Origin: an uncultured Methanomicrobiaceae archaeon
Lineage (GTDB): Archaea > Halobacteriota > Methanomicrobia > Methanomicrobiales > Methanoculleaceae
Length of the DNA: 64,000 nt
Assembly: GCA_963826525.1 (NCBI GenBank)
Contig: CAWGXH010000003.1
Span: forward strand, 603,789-667,788
Reading direction: 5' to 3'
The position numbers and the translations under genes are program-made. Below are positions 30,589 to 45,054 of this stretch, in pieces. Position 1 is the first letter of the stretch; every line of letters starts with the position of its first letter. Below the pieces are notes generated by a model, which did no database searches, was not told the DNA's origin, and saw only the letters and a list, made by a program, of their open reading frames with translations.

Positions 30589-31302
30589 TCACCAGTCTTT
30601 CTTCATCGCCTCTCCCTTCAGATCCTTCGGCATCAGTTCGACGGCATACCGCAGCGCCGTCCGGGGCATATTCCTCTTGTTCTGCATGACGTAGGCGAAG
30701 ACCTCGTCCGTGTGCTTTCGGCTCGCCTCTTTTAAGAGCCACCCGTAGCCTTTCTGCACCATATCGTCCGTATCGGTCAGGAGCAGGTCGGCAATTGCAA
30801 AGATCTCTGAGAGGAATCTGCCGCGCTTCGCCGGCACAATCAGCGAGACCGCCGCCGCCCGCCGCATCCAGCGGTTCTCCGATTGTGTCCAGCGTTTCAG
30901 TTCCTCGATCTGCTCCGGGTACCGCACGATGAAATCCCCGACGGCGTGGTTGCAGAACCCGTCGCAGGCAGCCCAGTTGGTGATGTAGGTGTCGATCCAG
31001 CGGCGGAAGACGGCGATGTCCTCCGGTTCGTAGCGGTCGGCGAGCCGCGGGACCCATGTCGATACGACAAATGCCTCCTCCATCAGCCCCGATGTATAGA
31101 GCTCTTCGCAGAGCCGGAAGATCTCCTGCTTCTCCCGGTCTTTGACTTCCTTCCAGTACCTCTTTGCAACCGCGGTTACGGTCGCGGTCTTTATCCCGTA
31201 ACACCGGACGTCTTCCTTGAAGAACCGCTGCGACGTCTTCCGGATCTCGGGGTCGGCGTGCGCCGTGAGCTCCTGCCGTATCGCTTCGATGACCGGGTCC
31301 AT
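30589..31302 (-). CDS. DNA alkylation repair protein, AlkD-like HEAT glycosylase
   Basis: YGI, NWA.CD, W..SEN.W.RRAA, DMVQKG.GW.LKE, RTALRYA.E. Confidence 0.88.
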   Translation of the reverse strand: MDPVIEAIRQELTAHADPEIRKTSQRFFKEDVRCYGIKTATVTAVAKRYWKEVKDREKQEIFRLCEELYTSGLMEEAFVVSTWVPRLADRYEPEDIAVFRRWIDTYITNWAACDGFCNHAVGDFIVRYPEQIEELKRWTQSENRWMRRAAAVSLIVPAKRGRFLSEIFAIADLLLTDTDDMVQKGYGWLLKEASRKHTDEVFAYVMQNKRNMPRTALRYAVELMPKDLKGEAMKKDW

Positions 31303-32243
31303 TATTCAGGTGTACGAAGGGAGGGATGATAAGGGATGCGGCACGCCGAGTTGTACGATCGTACGTGGCGGTTCATTTTCCCGAGGTATCGCTCGATATG
31401 TGTCTTCTGTATCCCCATCCCGAGCAGGCGTCCGAAGACCTCCTCCCGGCCGAAGATCGCGACCTCGCTCTTCGCCTGCCGCAGCGCCTCGATCTCGTCG
31501 CGGTATGGGATCGCACCCTGCCCCTCCGTCAGCTGCCGGAGCCCGGCCGGGTCGCAGCCGCTGGCGGTCGCCCCGGCAAAACCCCTCTCCCGGTGCACCT
31601 CGATACGGCACGTCCCGGCGGCGGAGACCGCGACGTACTCGATCCGCCGCCACCCCTGCTGCCAGTCGATCACCGCGTAGGAGAACGGGGAGCAGTCGAG
31701 GGAGATGTATGCCTTTCCGGCGATCTCGCCGACCATCATTCCGTAGTGGCCGGTGATGATGCACGCTGCCGGAAGATCGAAGAGCCACGTCCGATTTGCA
31801 TACGGGGCGTGGGCTACCGTGACATCGACCACTTCACGGGTCGATTCGGCCATCCTCCGCTCGCTCCCGGTCGGGACGCCGAGGAAGCGTATGCCGCAGA
31901 CGGCCTGCATCTCCGACGAGATCTCGTGGAGGTACGGACTCGCCTCCGCCGCATCCCGGACGCGGCCGTAGGTGCCGAGTGAATCGTCGTTGTTCCCCTC
32001 GACGACGATGCAGTGTCGCCCTGCCGATACGAGGTGGCGGAGGAGGCCGACGAACCGGTCGGTTTCGCTCGGTTCCGCTCGTGAACACCGGTCGTAGGCG
32101 GCATCGCCGGCGAAGACGACGATTGCAGGATCCTTATCGGCGACCAGGCGGAGGAACGAGGAAGCGTCGATTCTCCGGCTGCCGGACGAGCCCCGTTCTC
32201 TCGCTCCCCACGCAAGATCGCTGAACGCCAGTATCCTCGGCAT
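31302..32243 (-). CDS. Calcineurin-like metallophosphoesterase (divergent)
   Basis: AFSDL, FAGD, VEGNND, VAHAP, TGH; TAATG overlap with the alkD-like gene. Confidence 0.7.
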   Translation of the reverse strand: MPRILAFSDLAWGARERGSSGSRRIDASSFLRLVADKDPAIVVFAGDAAYDRCSRAEPSETDRFVGLLRHLVSAGRHCIVVEGNNDDSLGTYGRVRDAAEASPYLHEISSEMQAVCGIRFLGVPTGSERRMAESTREVVDVTVAHAPYANRTWLFDLPAACIITGHYGMMVGEIAGKAYISLDCSPFSYAVIDWQQGWRRIEYVAVSAAGTCRIEVHRERGFAGATASGCDPAGLRQLTEGQGAIPYRDEIEALRQAKSEVAIFGREEVFGRLLGMGIQKTHIERYLGKMNRHVRSYNSACRIPYHPSLRTPE

Positions 32244-32812
32244 GGCCGGGAGGTAGTGCTATAGGAGGTGATAGGTGTCGCGGTGGTGCCGAGGGTATTT
32301 GTTTTGTTCCTGCAAATTGGTGCACCTCTACCGATCGTCCGGCGAGATCCGTGTTGCAGTATCGCCAAATACCTGCCGGGTCGTTTAACAACAGTAATAG
32401 AGCACCGGTGACCTCTTGATCGATTCTTTTGATCAACAAGTCCGGGATGATCGTAACGCCATACGCACTCCTGGTTCCTCTGCCGGATCTCCGGACGTAT
32501 CGTCTCCGAACGCCGGCAGGAAAATCAGAGAAATGATGAATCGCCCTCCACGCATGAATCGCTGAATGTCGGTATCCTTGTCATACCCGGCATAGTCTGG
32601 AACACTCTTCGGGGCACGGATAGCGGAAACGCTCGATGAGACCGGTTTTTGAGGTGTTTCCGGGGGGTATCGGGAGGAGCATCGAGTCGGACGACCGGGT
32701 GCTATCCCGGGAGAGGGAACACAAACGGAGTCTCTGCCGGTGGGCGACGGAAGGAGAAGGTCTCGCAATGCGAGGGCGCTGTATCCTGCGAATGCATCGT
32801 GGGGCGACGACG

Positions 32813-35181
32813 TTACCGTTTGCCGCCGGACCGATACACGCCCTCCGGCACCAGGATCTCAAACCGGGCTCCGCTTCCCGGCACCCCGGTCTCCCTGATG
32901 GAAAGCCCGGTGATGGCGAGGACCTCCCGGGCGAGGAATAATCCGAAACCGGTGTTTTTGAAATACTTTCGCTCGAAAATATTTTCTTTCTCGCTCTCGG
33001 GAACACCTATTCCGTCGTCTTCGCAGACAATTATCGAGCAATCATCGGAAACACGCGCAGAAAATCCGATTCTTGTGAGTTTTTCCCCATGCCTCAGCGC
33101 ATTCTCCGTCAGGTTGTAGAAGACCTTCTCAAGGAGCGGATCGGCGAAAATTTCGATCTTTTCAAGATTTACCGACAGCTGTACCGGTCCCAGGGCCAGG
33201 TTTTCCGTCGCCCGTATGATTGTCTTTTCAACATCCTGCCATTGCGGCAGCCGGACGCCGATCTCCTGGTACTCCCCGGGTGAAGGTTATCTGGCGGTGG
33301 ACTATCTCCGCTGCCGTGTCCATCTTCCCGAGATAATCGAGGAGGATCGGATCGGATGTCGATTCTTCGGCCAGATGGAGAAAGCCTATGACCACGGTGA
33401 GCTGGTTGAGGACGTCGTGCCGGGTAATGCTCGAGAGGAGATTCAACTTTCGGTTTGCCAGCCTGATTGCTTCCTCTGTTTTTTTGCGCCGGGTGATATC
33501 GCGTGCAATGCCTACCGTTCCGATAACCTTTTCGGAGGTGTCCAGGATGGGGGATCGCACCGTTTCGAGGATGAACCCGCTTCCTTTCGCATCTCTGAAA
33601 CTCTCCTCGGCGATCATCTGTTCTCTGCTTGCCATCACCTTCCGATCGTCTTCTTCGAACCTTGCTGCCGTTTCTGCCCCGAAACAGATCTCACAGGTAT
33701 GATCGACCAGATGCTCCGGGTCCATTCCCACCGCATTGCCGAATGCCCGGTTTACTGCAATAAAACGAGAGTCGAGATCCATCAGCCAGGCCATGTCCGG
33801 GATATTGTTTATGAAGGATTTCAGCTTCGGTATTCTTCTTCTGCAGCGACTCCTCTATCCGCTTGCGTTCGGTGATATCCTGGTTCGCCCCGAAAACTTT
33901 CACGGGTCTTCCCGAAGAATCTTTCACCGACTTTATCCTGACGACGATGTGCCGGATTTCGCCGTTGCGTCGCACGATCCGGTGCTCTACCTGCTGGTAA
34001 TCAGGAGCAGTTCCTTCCAGCGTTCCGGCAATTACACCGGCAACGAGTTGCATATCGTCGGGGTGCACAAATTCCCTGGCATAGACCTCGAAGGGCATCA
34101 GGTTCCCGCCCTCCCGAGCCGCGCTCGTGCCGTACAGGGAGTAAAACCGGTCGTCGAACGTGAATACACCGGATGCAACATCCGCTTCCCACTTCACCAT
34201 CCGGGCAAGGTCCATCGCATTTGCCAGTCGGATCTCGCTCCGGCGCAGGGCGTCTTCAGCATTCTTCCGTTCCGTGATATCCGTTAAGGAGGCAACGCTC
34301 TTTGTCGTGCCGGGGATCATGTCGATGTTGAGGAGGATATCATGGATTTCACCGGAACGTGAAATAAACCGGAATTCATACCGTGTCAGAGCCGTTTCCC
34401 GTTTCTTTCGCCGGAGCCGGTGCTGCTCTTCCATCCTCGCGAGATCTTCGGGCACGACAAACTCGATCCAGCGCTTCTGCCCCTCGATCTCGGATCTCGG
34501 ATAGCCGGCAAGCCGTTCAAACTGCGTGTTTGCAAGGCTGATCGTGGTATCGGCCTCAAGGATTACGGTTGCGGTGCCGGTATTTTCAAAGACTGTCCGA
34601 TACCGCTCCTCACTCTCGCATAATGCTTCTTCCGCCCGTTTGCGCTCGGTGATATCCATGACCGAAGCGATGCTCTGTTTTGTCCCCGGGAAGAGCACGA
34701 CGTTTACGACGATGTCGAGCACCTTCCCTTCCTTTGTGATGGCCTTTGCTTCATAGTCGCGGGGTACGGTCGGGTCGCCCCGACATCTCCGCCGGTGGTA
34801 ATCAAGCAGCATCTCCGTATAGCTCTCGTCGATGAAATCGGCAAACTTCTTCCGATTCTCGACCTCCCCGCGTGAATACCCGAAAAGCTTCTCGAAGAAT
34901 GAATTGGCAAGGGATACCGTGCCGTCATCTTCGATAACGGCCATGGCGGTGCCCGTATACTCGAAGAGTGTCTGGTACCTCTGGATGAGGTCGTCCGAGG
35001 TCTTTTTGAGGAGTGCGTGAACGGCGGCACGGCCCTGGATCGCAAGGTCGTAATGTGCCGTAAGACGGGCTATGCCGTTATCGACCCTGCCGAATGCCGC
35101 GGTAATGGTATTCCGTTCTTCTGCGGAAAGTCCGCCGAGCAGAGGCTCGAGTGTCTCCCAGAGCAGTTCCAGTTGCTTCAT
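32813..35181 (-). CDS. Multi-PAS sensor histidine kinase (frameshifts ~33815 and ~33278)
   Basis: Four PAS/PAC domains, LSSITRHDVLNQ H-box, ADPLLEKVFYNL.ENALRHG, EDDGIG, TGFGLFL, GARFEI; stop at 32813. Confidence 0.85.
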
Positions 35182-36313
35182 TTCGGATCATGGGTAAAGT
35201 CGATCAGGGCAACGCAGAGCGTTTCGTTGTAGAAATCGCAGGCACCACTCCTGTTGCATCCGATCTCCCCGTAGGTGAAGAGGCCGATCACCGGGACGCT
35301 CCAGAGGTCGGCTGCAGCCCGTATCTCGTTGGCTACCATCGAACCGGCGGCATTGTATCGTGCAACGCAGGAGAAGAGCAGGACGAGATCGGCTTTCCGA
35401 TCTCCTGCATGGAAATCCTGGAGTTCCCGGATCGATTTCTCGATGGTCTCATACCCGAACGAGCTGGAGAACCGCACCTTCGCCCCCTGCGGAACAGAAC
35501 CCGCAAAAAAGAGAGTTCTTTGTTCGTATCGACAGCAAGGAATGCGCGGAGGACTTCAGTGCCGTCGGGCCTGGTAACGAGGAGCGGAAATGTCACCCCG
35601 ACCTTCTGGAGTGTTTCGTCGCTTAAATTCAGATACTCCTTGAAAAGCCGGGCGGCAGGACGGTCATTGATGGTGTAGACGATATTCTCCTCGGATGAGG
35701 TGATCACCATCTCCGTGCCGACTCCGACCCAGCCGCTGCAGGCAATGCCGTCGATCTGCACCTTCGAACGATCGAATACGATGACGACAGCCCCGTCCGT
35801 AGAATAACCTTGATGGGAAAAGACATAGGTCTCCGCAAAATTGCCGTCGTCACCTGCAATACCGCCGAAGAGAGGGGTATTCGGCGGACAGACTGCCCCG
35901 ATTCCCTTGACGATTGCCTCTCCGTCGTTTTTCAGGCCGGATATCGCAATAATGAACGCAGGGTTTTTGAAGGTCTCTGTTCCCCAGTTCCCTATCCGGC
36001 TTCCGAATTTAACAGCCGATTCGTTGGCCCTCTCAAAGAGAGCAACGGAATACTGCGAGGGGTCGGGATCTGCGAGCCAGCAAACGGCCGACTGTTCGGT
36101 GATCGGGAGATCATCCGAAACCAGTATCTCCCCTGCGGTAGAACAGCCGAAGATTGGGATACCCAGCAATGAGACGGCAGTGGACATTTCCGGAATGTTG
36201 AGTGCTGTCGAACTGAAGATGATCCCGAGTGTCGGGCGAAACTCGCTGTCATTTCGGACTCTTTCCGCAACCTCCTCGGGTGAATATGCCGTAAAGCAGA
36301 TGTGTCGGGGCAT
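35178..36313 (-). CDS. FIST-domain (NosP-like) sensor protein (frameshift ~35510)
   Basis: FGCSTAGEI, LFGGIAGDD, GW..G....IT.S..N.V..IN..PA, LFSCVAR, G.FTYGEIG, FYNET; ATGA overlap with kinase. Confidence 0.88.
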
Positions 36314-36813
36314 ATCGATCAGTTACGTGGTGTCTGCGCCTTCAAAGAGATTGTGATATCTCTCCCCGCCGATCTCGAGGGCATTCTCCGGAAGTTTGCG
36401 CCCAAAGATGGGCCGGAAGATCCTTTCTCTACCAGGAAAATTCCCGTATCCTTCCGAAAGCAGGCCGGCTGGTTCCCGGAGAACGGGTTCGCCATCGATA
36501 GAGGGGATTAGTATCACTGAGATCATCCCGACACTCTCCGGCAGCCCCTCCCGACGCGATAGCCCGGGGTTTGGCCGTTCTCGCTATCAGGATCGCTCTT
36601 CAAGCACCGGGTACTTTTGAGATCTGGTCATCGGAACGACACCGGTCGAACCGCGTGACCGGATCGAAAAATCCTGAAACAGGTAGCGGTGGAAAAAACA
36701 GCCCGGGATTAAAAGCAGGTTTTTCTACCCCAAAAGTCTGTGGTATGGGTTGTATCAGGACCAAAAGGTTTATACAATCTGTAAATCAATTTCCAGCCAC
36801 TAGGGCGCGCCGT

Positions 36814-38985
36814 ATGTTTAACCTGTTGCTGGTGGACGATGAGCCTGACTGGCTGGATCTGATGAAAGTTTCCCTGGATACGACAGGAGAATTTAAGACG
36901 GATACACAGGCATCTGTAAAAGCTGCACTCGCCTCTCTCAGGCATCATCAGTACGACGCCATTGTATCCGATTACATGATGGCGGATATGAACGGTATTG
37001 AATTTTTGAGGGCGGTTCGTAACGGGTTTGGACAGATTCCGTTCATCATGCTGACCGGGAAGGGGGGGGAGGAGGCGGCCATGGAGGCCCTGAACAACGG
37101 TGCCGATTATTACCTCCGGAAGGGAGGGGATTTTCAGGACTCTGTGTACCGAACTGGAAAATGCGATCAGGCGATCCATCCGGTTGCAGCGTGCCGAGGA
37201 GGCCTTGCTCGAGCGGGAGCAGCGGTATCACGACCTCCAGAACGCGAACGACCTGATCCAGAGCGTGGCACCGGACGGGCGTTTCATCTACGTCAATAAA
37301 AAATGGATGGATACGCTCGGTTACAGGGAGGGGGACGTCTCGCGGCTCACCATCTACGATATCATCCACCCGGACAGCCTCTCCCACTGCATGGAGACAT
37401 TCGGGCGGGTACTGTCAGGGGAGAACGTCGGGATCATCGATGCGGCATTCAAAACCCGCGGGGGAGAAAGAGTCTTCGTGGAGGGTATAGCAACCTGCAG
37501 GATTGCCGGGGGAGTGCCGCACTACACGAGAGGGCTTTTTAAGGACGTTACCGAACGGAAGGCTGCGGAACGAAAGTTAGCCGAGGCCGAGGAGTTCAAC
37601 CGAAGGATCATCGAGAGCAGCCACGAATGCATCAAAGTGCTCGATCTGGACGGAAACCTGCTTTCGATGAGTTCATACGGGCAGCAGGAGCTCGGGATTG
37701 CCGATATTACGCCCTACCTCGGCACCAGACTTTTTGCACTTCTGGCAGGAGGCCGACCAGGAGAAAGTCCGGAAGGCTCTCGACGCAGCACGGCGGAGCG
37801 GCAGGGGACGGTTCGAAGGAGCCTGTGCCGCGGTGACGGGAGAGCCGAAGTACCTGGGACGTGGTGATCACCCCCATCTGCGATGCTCAAGGTGTCCCCG
37901 AACGGCTGCTCGCTACCTCACGCGAGATCACCGAACGCAAGCAGGCCGACGAGGCGATACGCCGGAGCGAACGGGAGTTAACGATGCTGGTCGCCTCTCT
38001 TCCGACGGGCGTGGTCATCGTCGATGCAGAGACGCACCGGATCATCGATGCAAATCCCGCAGCGCTTGCGCTCTTCAATGCCCCGCGCGATGCGGTTATC
38101 GGAAAACACTGCCATAACTACATCTGCCCTGCTGCCGAAGGAAACTGCCCGATCACCGATCAGGGAAATACCATCGATAAGTCCGAACGCACCCTCCTCA
38201 CCGCCGACGGAGAGGAGATCACCGTACTGAAATCGGTTGCGAAGGTGCACCTCTCGGGGCGGGTCTGTCTCATAGAGAGCTTCGTGGATATCTCGGACCG
38301 GAAGTGTGCAGAAGAGGCGCTTACCCGGGCAAACCGTCAGCTCACTATGATGACGAGCATCACGCGGCATGATATCCTCAATCGGGTCATGGTGCTTCTT
38401 GGGCATATCAATCTGCTCCAGGCAGATATCGACGACCCCGGCATTGCATTTTCTCTGGATCGGATGGAGTCCACGGCGAGGATGATACAATCCCAGATCG
38501 AGTTTTCGAGCATCTATCAGGAGATCGGTGCTCACGAACCACGATGGCTTCCCGCGTCCGATCTCCTTCCGTATTCTTCTCTCCCTCCCGGAGTCGGTAT
38601 GCATGCCGATCTCTCCGGCATTGAGATCTTTGCGGATCCTCTCCTTGAGAAGGTCTTCTTTAACCTTCTGGATAATTCCGTGCGGCACGGCCGGCGAGTG
38701 ACGGATATCCGCGTGTATTCTCTACGAGAGCCCGACGATATGAGGATCATCTGGGAGGATAATGGTATCGGGATTCCCGAGGAAGAAAAGGAGTGGATCT
38801 TTAATCGCGGGCACGGGAAGAATACCGGCCTCGGCCTCTTCCTCGTCCGGGAGATTCTCTCGATCACCGGGATGACGATCACGGAGACCGGTTCGTTTGG
38901 CAGCGGGGCCAGATTCGAGATCCGGGTGCCTCCCGGGGAGATGAGAATACGTGCCCCGGCCGCGGCCCCTGTCTCGCGGGGGTAA
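36814..38985 (+). CDS. Hybrid REC-PAS-PAS-PAS histidine kinase (frameshifts ~37140, ~37730, ~37855)
   Basis: LLVDDE..VSDY.M..MNG..TGKG..K receiver; PAS domains; SITRHDILN; ADPLLEKVFFNLLDNSVRHG; EDNGIG; TGLGLFL. Confidence 0.85.
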
Positions 38986-39119
38986 TGTGAGAGCGTGAGA
39001 GTGGCCGACCGGCGCTATGTGGAGGAGGAAGTGAGAGAACCACCAGTGAATGCAATCCCCGAACATATCCCGATTGAAAAAGGAAAGTCTATTACGCGCT
39101 GATAGCCAAAAATCAACAT

Positions 39120-39882
39120 ATGAAATACGCATTCTGGATAACGCTTCTTCTCGCAGCCGTAATCCTCACGTGCGGCTGTACCCAGCAGTCCGCAGTTTCT
39201 CCGACGGAACCGACGACTACGCCGACGGCTGCCGGCCAGCCCGCCGACTCCGCCCTTGCACGCCTCTCCGACTCCAGCCCCAATGCAACGCTCTCTCTCG
39301 ATGCGGGCGTCCTTCTCCTGTCGTTCCACGCCGCTGGAGCGCAGAAGATGGATATTGGCTTTGCGGATGTCTCCGACGTATACGGTGTATGGTACGACTT
39401 TTCCACGACAGGGCCGTTCGACGGTTCGCTCGTTCTTCCGGTCCCCCAGAAGGAAGAGTATCTGCTGAATGTCTCCGGAACCGGTACATGGACCGCGAGC
39501 GTCTCGCGATTCGAATCGAATGCCGCCCTGAAGGCGCCGCTGAATCTCTCCGGTGCGGGAACCGAAGTGCCTCCGGCGTTCTCCCTGGAAGAAGGGCAGT
39601 ATATCTTCGAGAGAAATGAGACCGGCGTATCCTCGCCCCTGTACGAACTCCTGTACGCGAACGGCAGTTACGTCATGGACGCGAACAACACCTACGTCGA
39701 GCCCGGATTCCCGGAACTCTCTCCCGAAACGTTCCGGATCGATTACCATCCCGGAGTCAGGCGACTATATCCTGAGCGTGCTTGCCAGGGACAATCCCGG
39801 CAACTGGACGGTCTCCATCCTCCCCGCTCCCACCCTGCCCTCCCTTGGCCCTGGGCCTGAGGTCCCGGAGAAGGGGGAGTAA
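39120..39882 (+). CDS. Predicted lipoprotein with two repeated beta-sandwich modules (frameshift ~39741)
   Basis: LTCGC lipobox, Thr/Pro linker, repeated Y.L.V..G.WT.S motif. Confidence 0.65.
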
Positions 39883-39954
39883 CTCTTTTTTGAAAGCGGA
39901 GAGACCGGAGCAGGTTGCCGCGATTATTCCGGGGATGGCATGGCAGATCCCTGT

Positions 39955-41511
39955 TTATTCCGTGCTCTTCGTGAATCGGTACGCCCCTTTCGGCACCAGG
40001 ATCTCAAATCGCGCTCCAACGTTCGGCTCGCCGGTCTCCTCGATTGAGATCTCGGTGATGGAGAGGATCTCGCGGGCAAGAAAGAGCCCCATGCCGGGCT
40101 TTCCTTCGCATCTCCTCTCAAATATCTTCTCTTTCATATCCACCGGTATTCCGGTCCCGTCGTCCTCGAAGAGAAGGATCAGCCCATCATTCGTCTCATG
40201 GTACTGCAGGCTGATCCGCGTTGCTGCCTCCCCATGCAGGACGACATTCTCCGCCAGCACGAAAAAGACCTTCTCAAGGAGCGGGTCGGCATATATCTCA
40301 AGTCCTTCGACCCTGAGATCCCGGGCTACTTCGAGCATGTCGAGGTGAGATACAGCGTAGAGGAATGCATGCGCCACATTCTGCCATGCCGGAGGCCGGA
40401 GGCCGAGATCCTGGTAATTCCTGGCAAAGGCAAGCAAATCCTGAAGCGTCTGCAGGATAACGGCCTGTCTCTGCCGGTATGCTCCTGCTGTTCATTCACC
40501 GGCGCCTCCTTCTCCAGTTCGAGATATCCGGCGAGCGAGAATACCGCACTCTGGATCTCGTCGAACGTGATACCGTTCAAAAGGCTCAGCTTTTTGTTGC
40601 CCGGTTCAGTGCCTCTTCCACCGCGACCTGTTCGGTAATATCTTCCGAGATCCCGAGCAGGTATTTCGGTTTTCCCTCTTTATCATAAAGAGGGATCTTC
40701 CTGGTATGGAGGATCCGCTCGTCATTGTTCCTCGTTCGGATCCTTTCCCGGGAGATATCCAGGATCTGCCCCTCCGTCAGGACCTTCCGGTCTGTTTCGC
40801 CGAAAAAATCTGCCTCGTCTTCCGGAAAGAGATCGCGGTCGATCTTCCCGCATACATCTTCCCGGGCACACCCGAGCAGGTCTTCGCCCGCTTTGTTGAG
40901 CTGCACTACCCGCAGGCTTCCGGCATCCTTGACAAAGAGCATGGCAGGGATGTTCTCCACGATGGCGCTGAGAAACTCCTCTTTCTCCGCTAATGCCGCC
41001 TCGGCTTTTTTGCGCTCGGCAACATCGGCCTCAAGTTGCATCACCTTCTTTTCGAGCTTGCGGAACAGCACCTCATTGGACCTGCCGGAGGATCTCCGTC
41101 TCGTTCCCTACAGGCTCTCCTGATGATACCGGTGTTTTCCGGCGGGTTTCTTCGAGGACGTCACGCACCGCCTGCACCAGATCGTCCGGCCTCTGCGGCT
41201 TGACGATGAACCGCTCGGCCCCGAGGTTCTTCGCGAACCGTTCGTCCTTCTGGTCGGTGTACGTTGCCGTGTAGAAGATGAACGGCACATCTTTCAGTCG
41301 GTCGTCGGCCTTCCACCGGCGGCAGAGGTCAAAACCGTCCATGACCGGCATCAGGATATCTGAGATAATGAGATCCGGCGGGTTTTTCGTCCGGCATCCA
41401 GTGCCTCTGCCCCGTTTTTCGTTGCGACCACCTCAAAACCGTAGCCCTTCAGGATTGACTCAAGCAGGTACCGGTTTGCATGGATATCATCGACGATCAG
41501 AATTCTAGCCA

Positions 41512-41512
<1 letters not shown>
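39955..41512 (-). CDS. REC-PAS-(His-less DHp)-HATPase protein, putative pseudo-kinase (four frameshifts)
   Basis: MARILIVDD..ISDILMPVMDG receiver; PAS; LNGITFDEIQS in place of ITRHDxLN; ADPLLEKVF..ENVVLHG, EDDGTG, GMGLFL. Confidence 0.75.
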
Positions 41513-43815
<2,303 letters not shown>

Positions 43816-44140
43816 CGATACGGTTAGTATCCTTTCGGATAATGATAATATTTTGTTTTTTATCCCGGCATATGGCGATACAATCCCGGAGGAGAGGGCG
43901 AAGAGGTATTCCCTCCGTTATGCAACGTTTCATCGGTCCTCGAAGATCATGGAGCCGGAAGAGCAATCCGTCTGCCGTGGCCGGGTTTGTGGAAAGAGGG
44001 AAGATCAGCGAGATATCCGATGGGAGGATGAACGGCCGGATCTCCGCCGCCGATCTGCTCTGCCCGCATCCCGGAAACAACCTCGCCGGGGTGCCTTCGG
44101 GCTCTTTTGAGACGAAATAATAACCTGTGCTTACCCTGCG

Positions 44141-44700
44141 TCAGAGGGCAGAGCCGCTCCCCGGAAGGTCACGCACACGGGTGATGATGAGCGGCGTCTT
44201 ATGGCACCCCTCTCTCCGTGGAATTGCCTCCACCGGCGTGACGCAAAACCGGGTCTGCGGCCCGAGAACTCCCCGAGCTGCCGAAGGACCGGCTCCCAGT
44301 CGGGAAGAAGATCCGGATGGCTCCGGTCGGGAACGAAGACGATCTCGAGGTCATGCGGTGTATGCTGGATGGCCTGATACTGGGCGATGCCCTGTACATC
44401 TGCAAGAATTGCGTCGACTACGTATGGATTGACCTTTTCTCCGTTGCTCACGACCAGTGCCTCGATCTTCCTTCCCTCGATGTACTCAAGATACGCTCCG
44501 CACGCACATCCCTGTGCCCCGAAAGAAGCGAGATCCGCGAGGCCTGAGTACCGGATCAGCGGCATGGCGCGGTTGGCGAGGGTCGTGACGACGACGGAGC
44601 CGGTTTCCCCCGGACTCACCGGTCGGCCGTCGTCGTCGAGCAGTTCCAAGACAATATCCCAGGTGACGAGCCGGTAGTCTGTCGCCGGAGATGTAATGTG
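44141..44700 (-). pseudogene. C-terminal fragment of phenylacetate-CoA ligase / CoF390-synthetase-like ANL enzyme
   Basis: ELLDDDGRPV.PGE.G.VVVT.L.N.AMPLIRY...D, IEGR; in-frame stop just upstream, no N-terminal two-thirds; frameshift ~44270. Confidence 0.6.
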
Positions 44701-45054
44701 CTGTTTTTACAGATATTAAGGCAAATTCATCCGAGTATCGCCCCACCGTTCCGGCACGCACCCTTTCGCGAACGACAGCGATCTTTCCGGTGCCGTTGAC
44801 GGAGATCTCTCCGTGCCCGGGTCGGCGAAATCGCCCGGATGCTCCAAAAGCACGCCGGACCAAACAAAAAGAAATACATGCGGAACATTCGCACGCTATA
44901 TGGAGACGTCCGGGTACGGGAGAGTTCTGCCGCTTCTCTTCCATCAAAAGGCGGGTTTTCTACATCTTCGCCAGTGTTCTTCACTGCTTATCGCCCATGA
45001 TTCTTCTGCCTGCCCGGGTCCGGTTGCAGCCTCTCCTGCCGGTGAAACAGACTC

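Noticed and set aside
32250-32800. Short ORFs and a small ATGAATCGC duplication in the intergenic gap
   Set aside because: No recognisable protein; the repeat is too short to be significant
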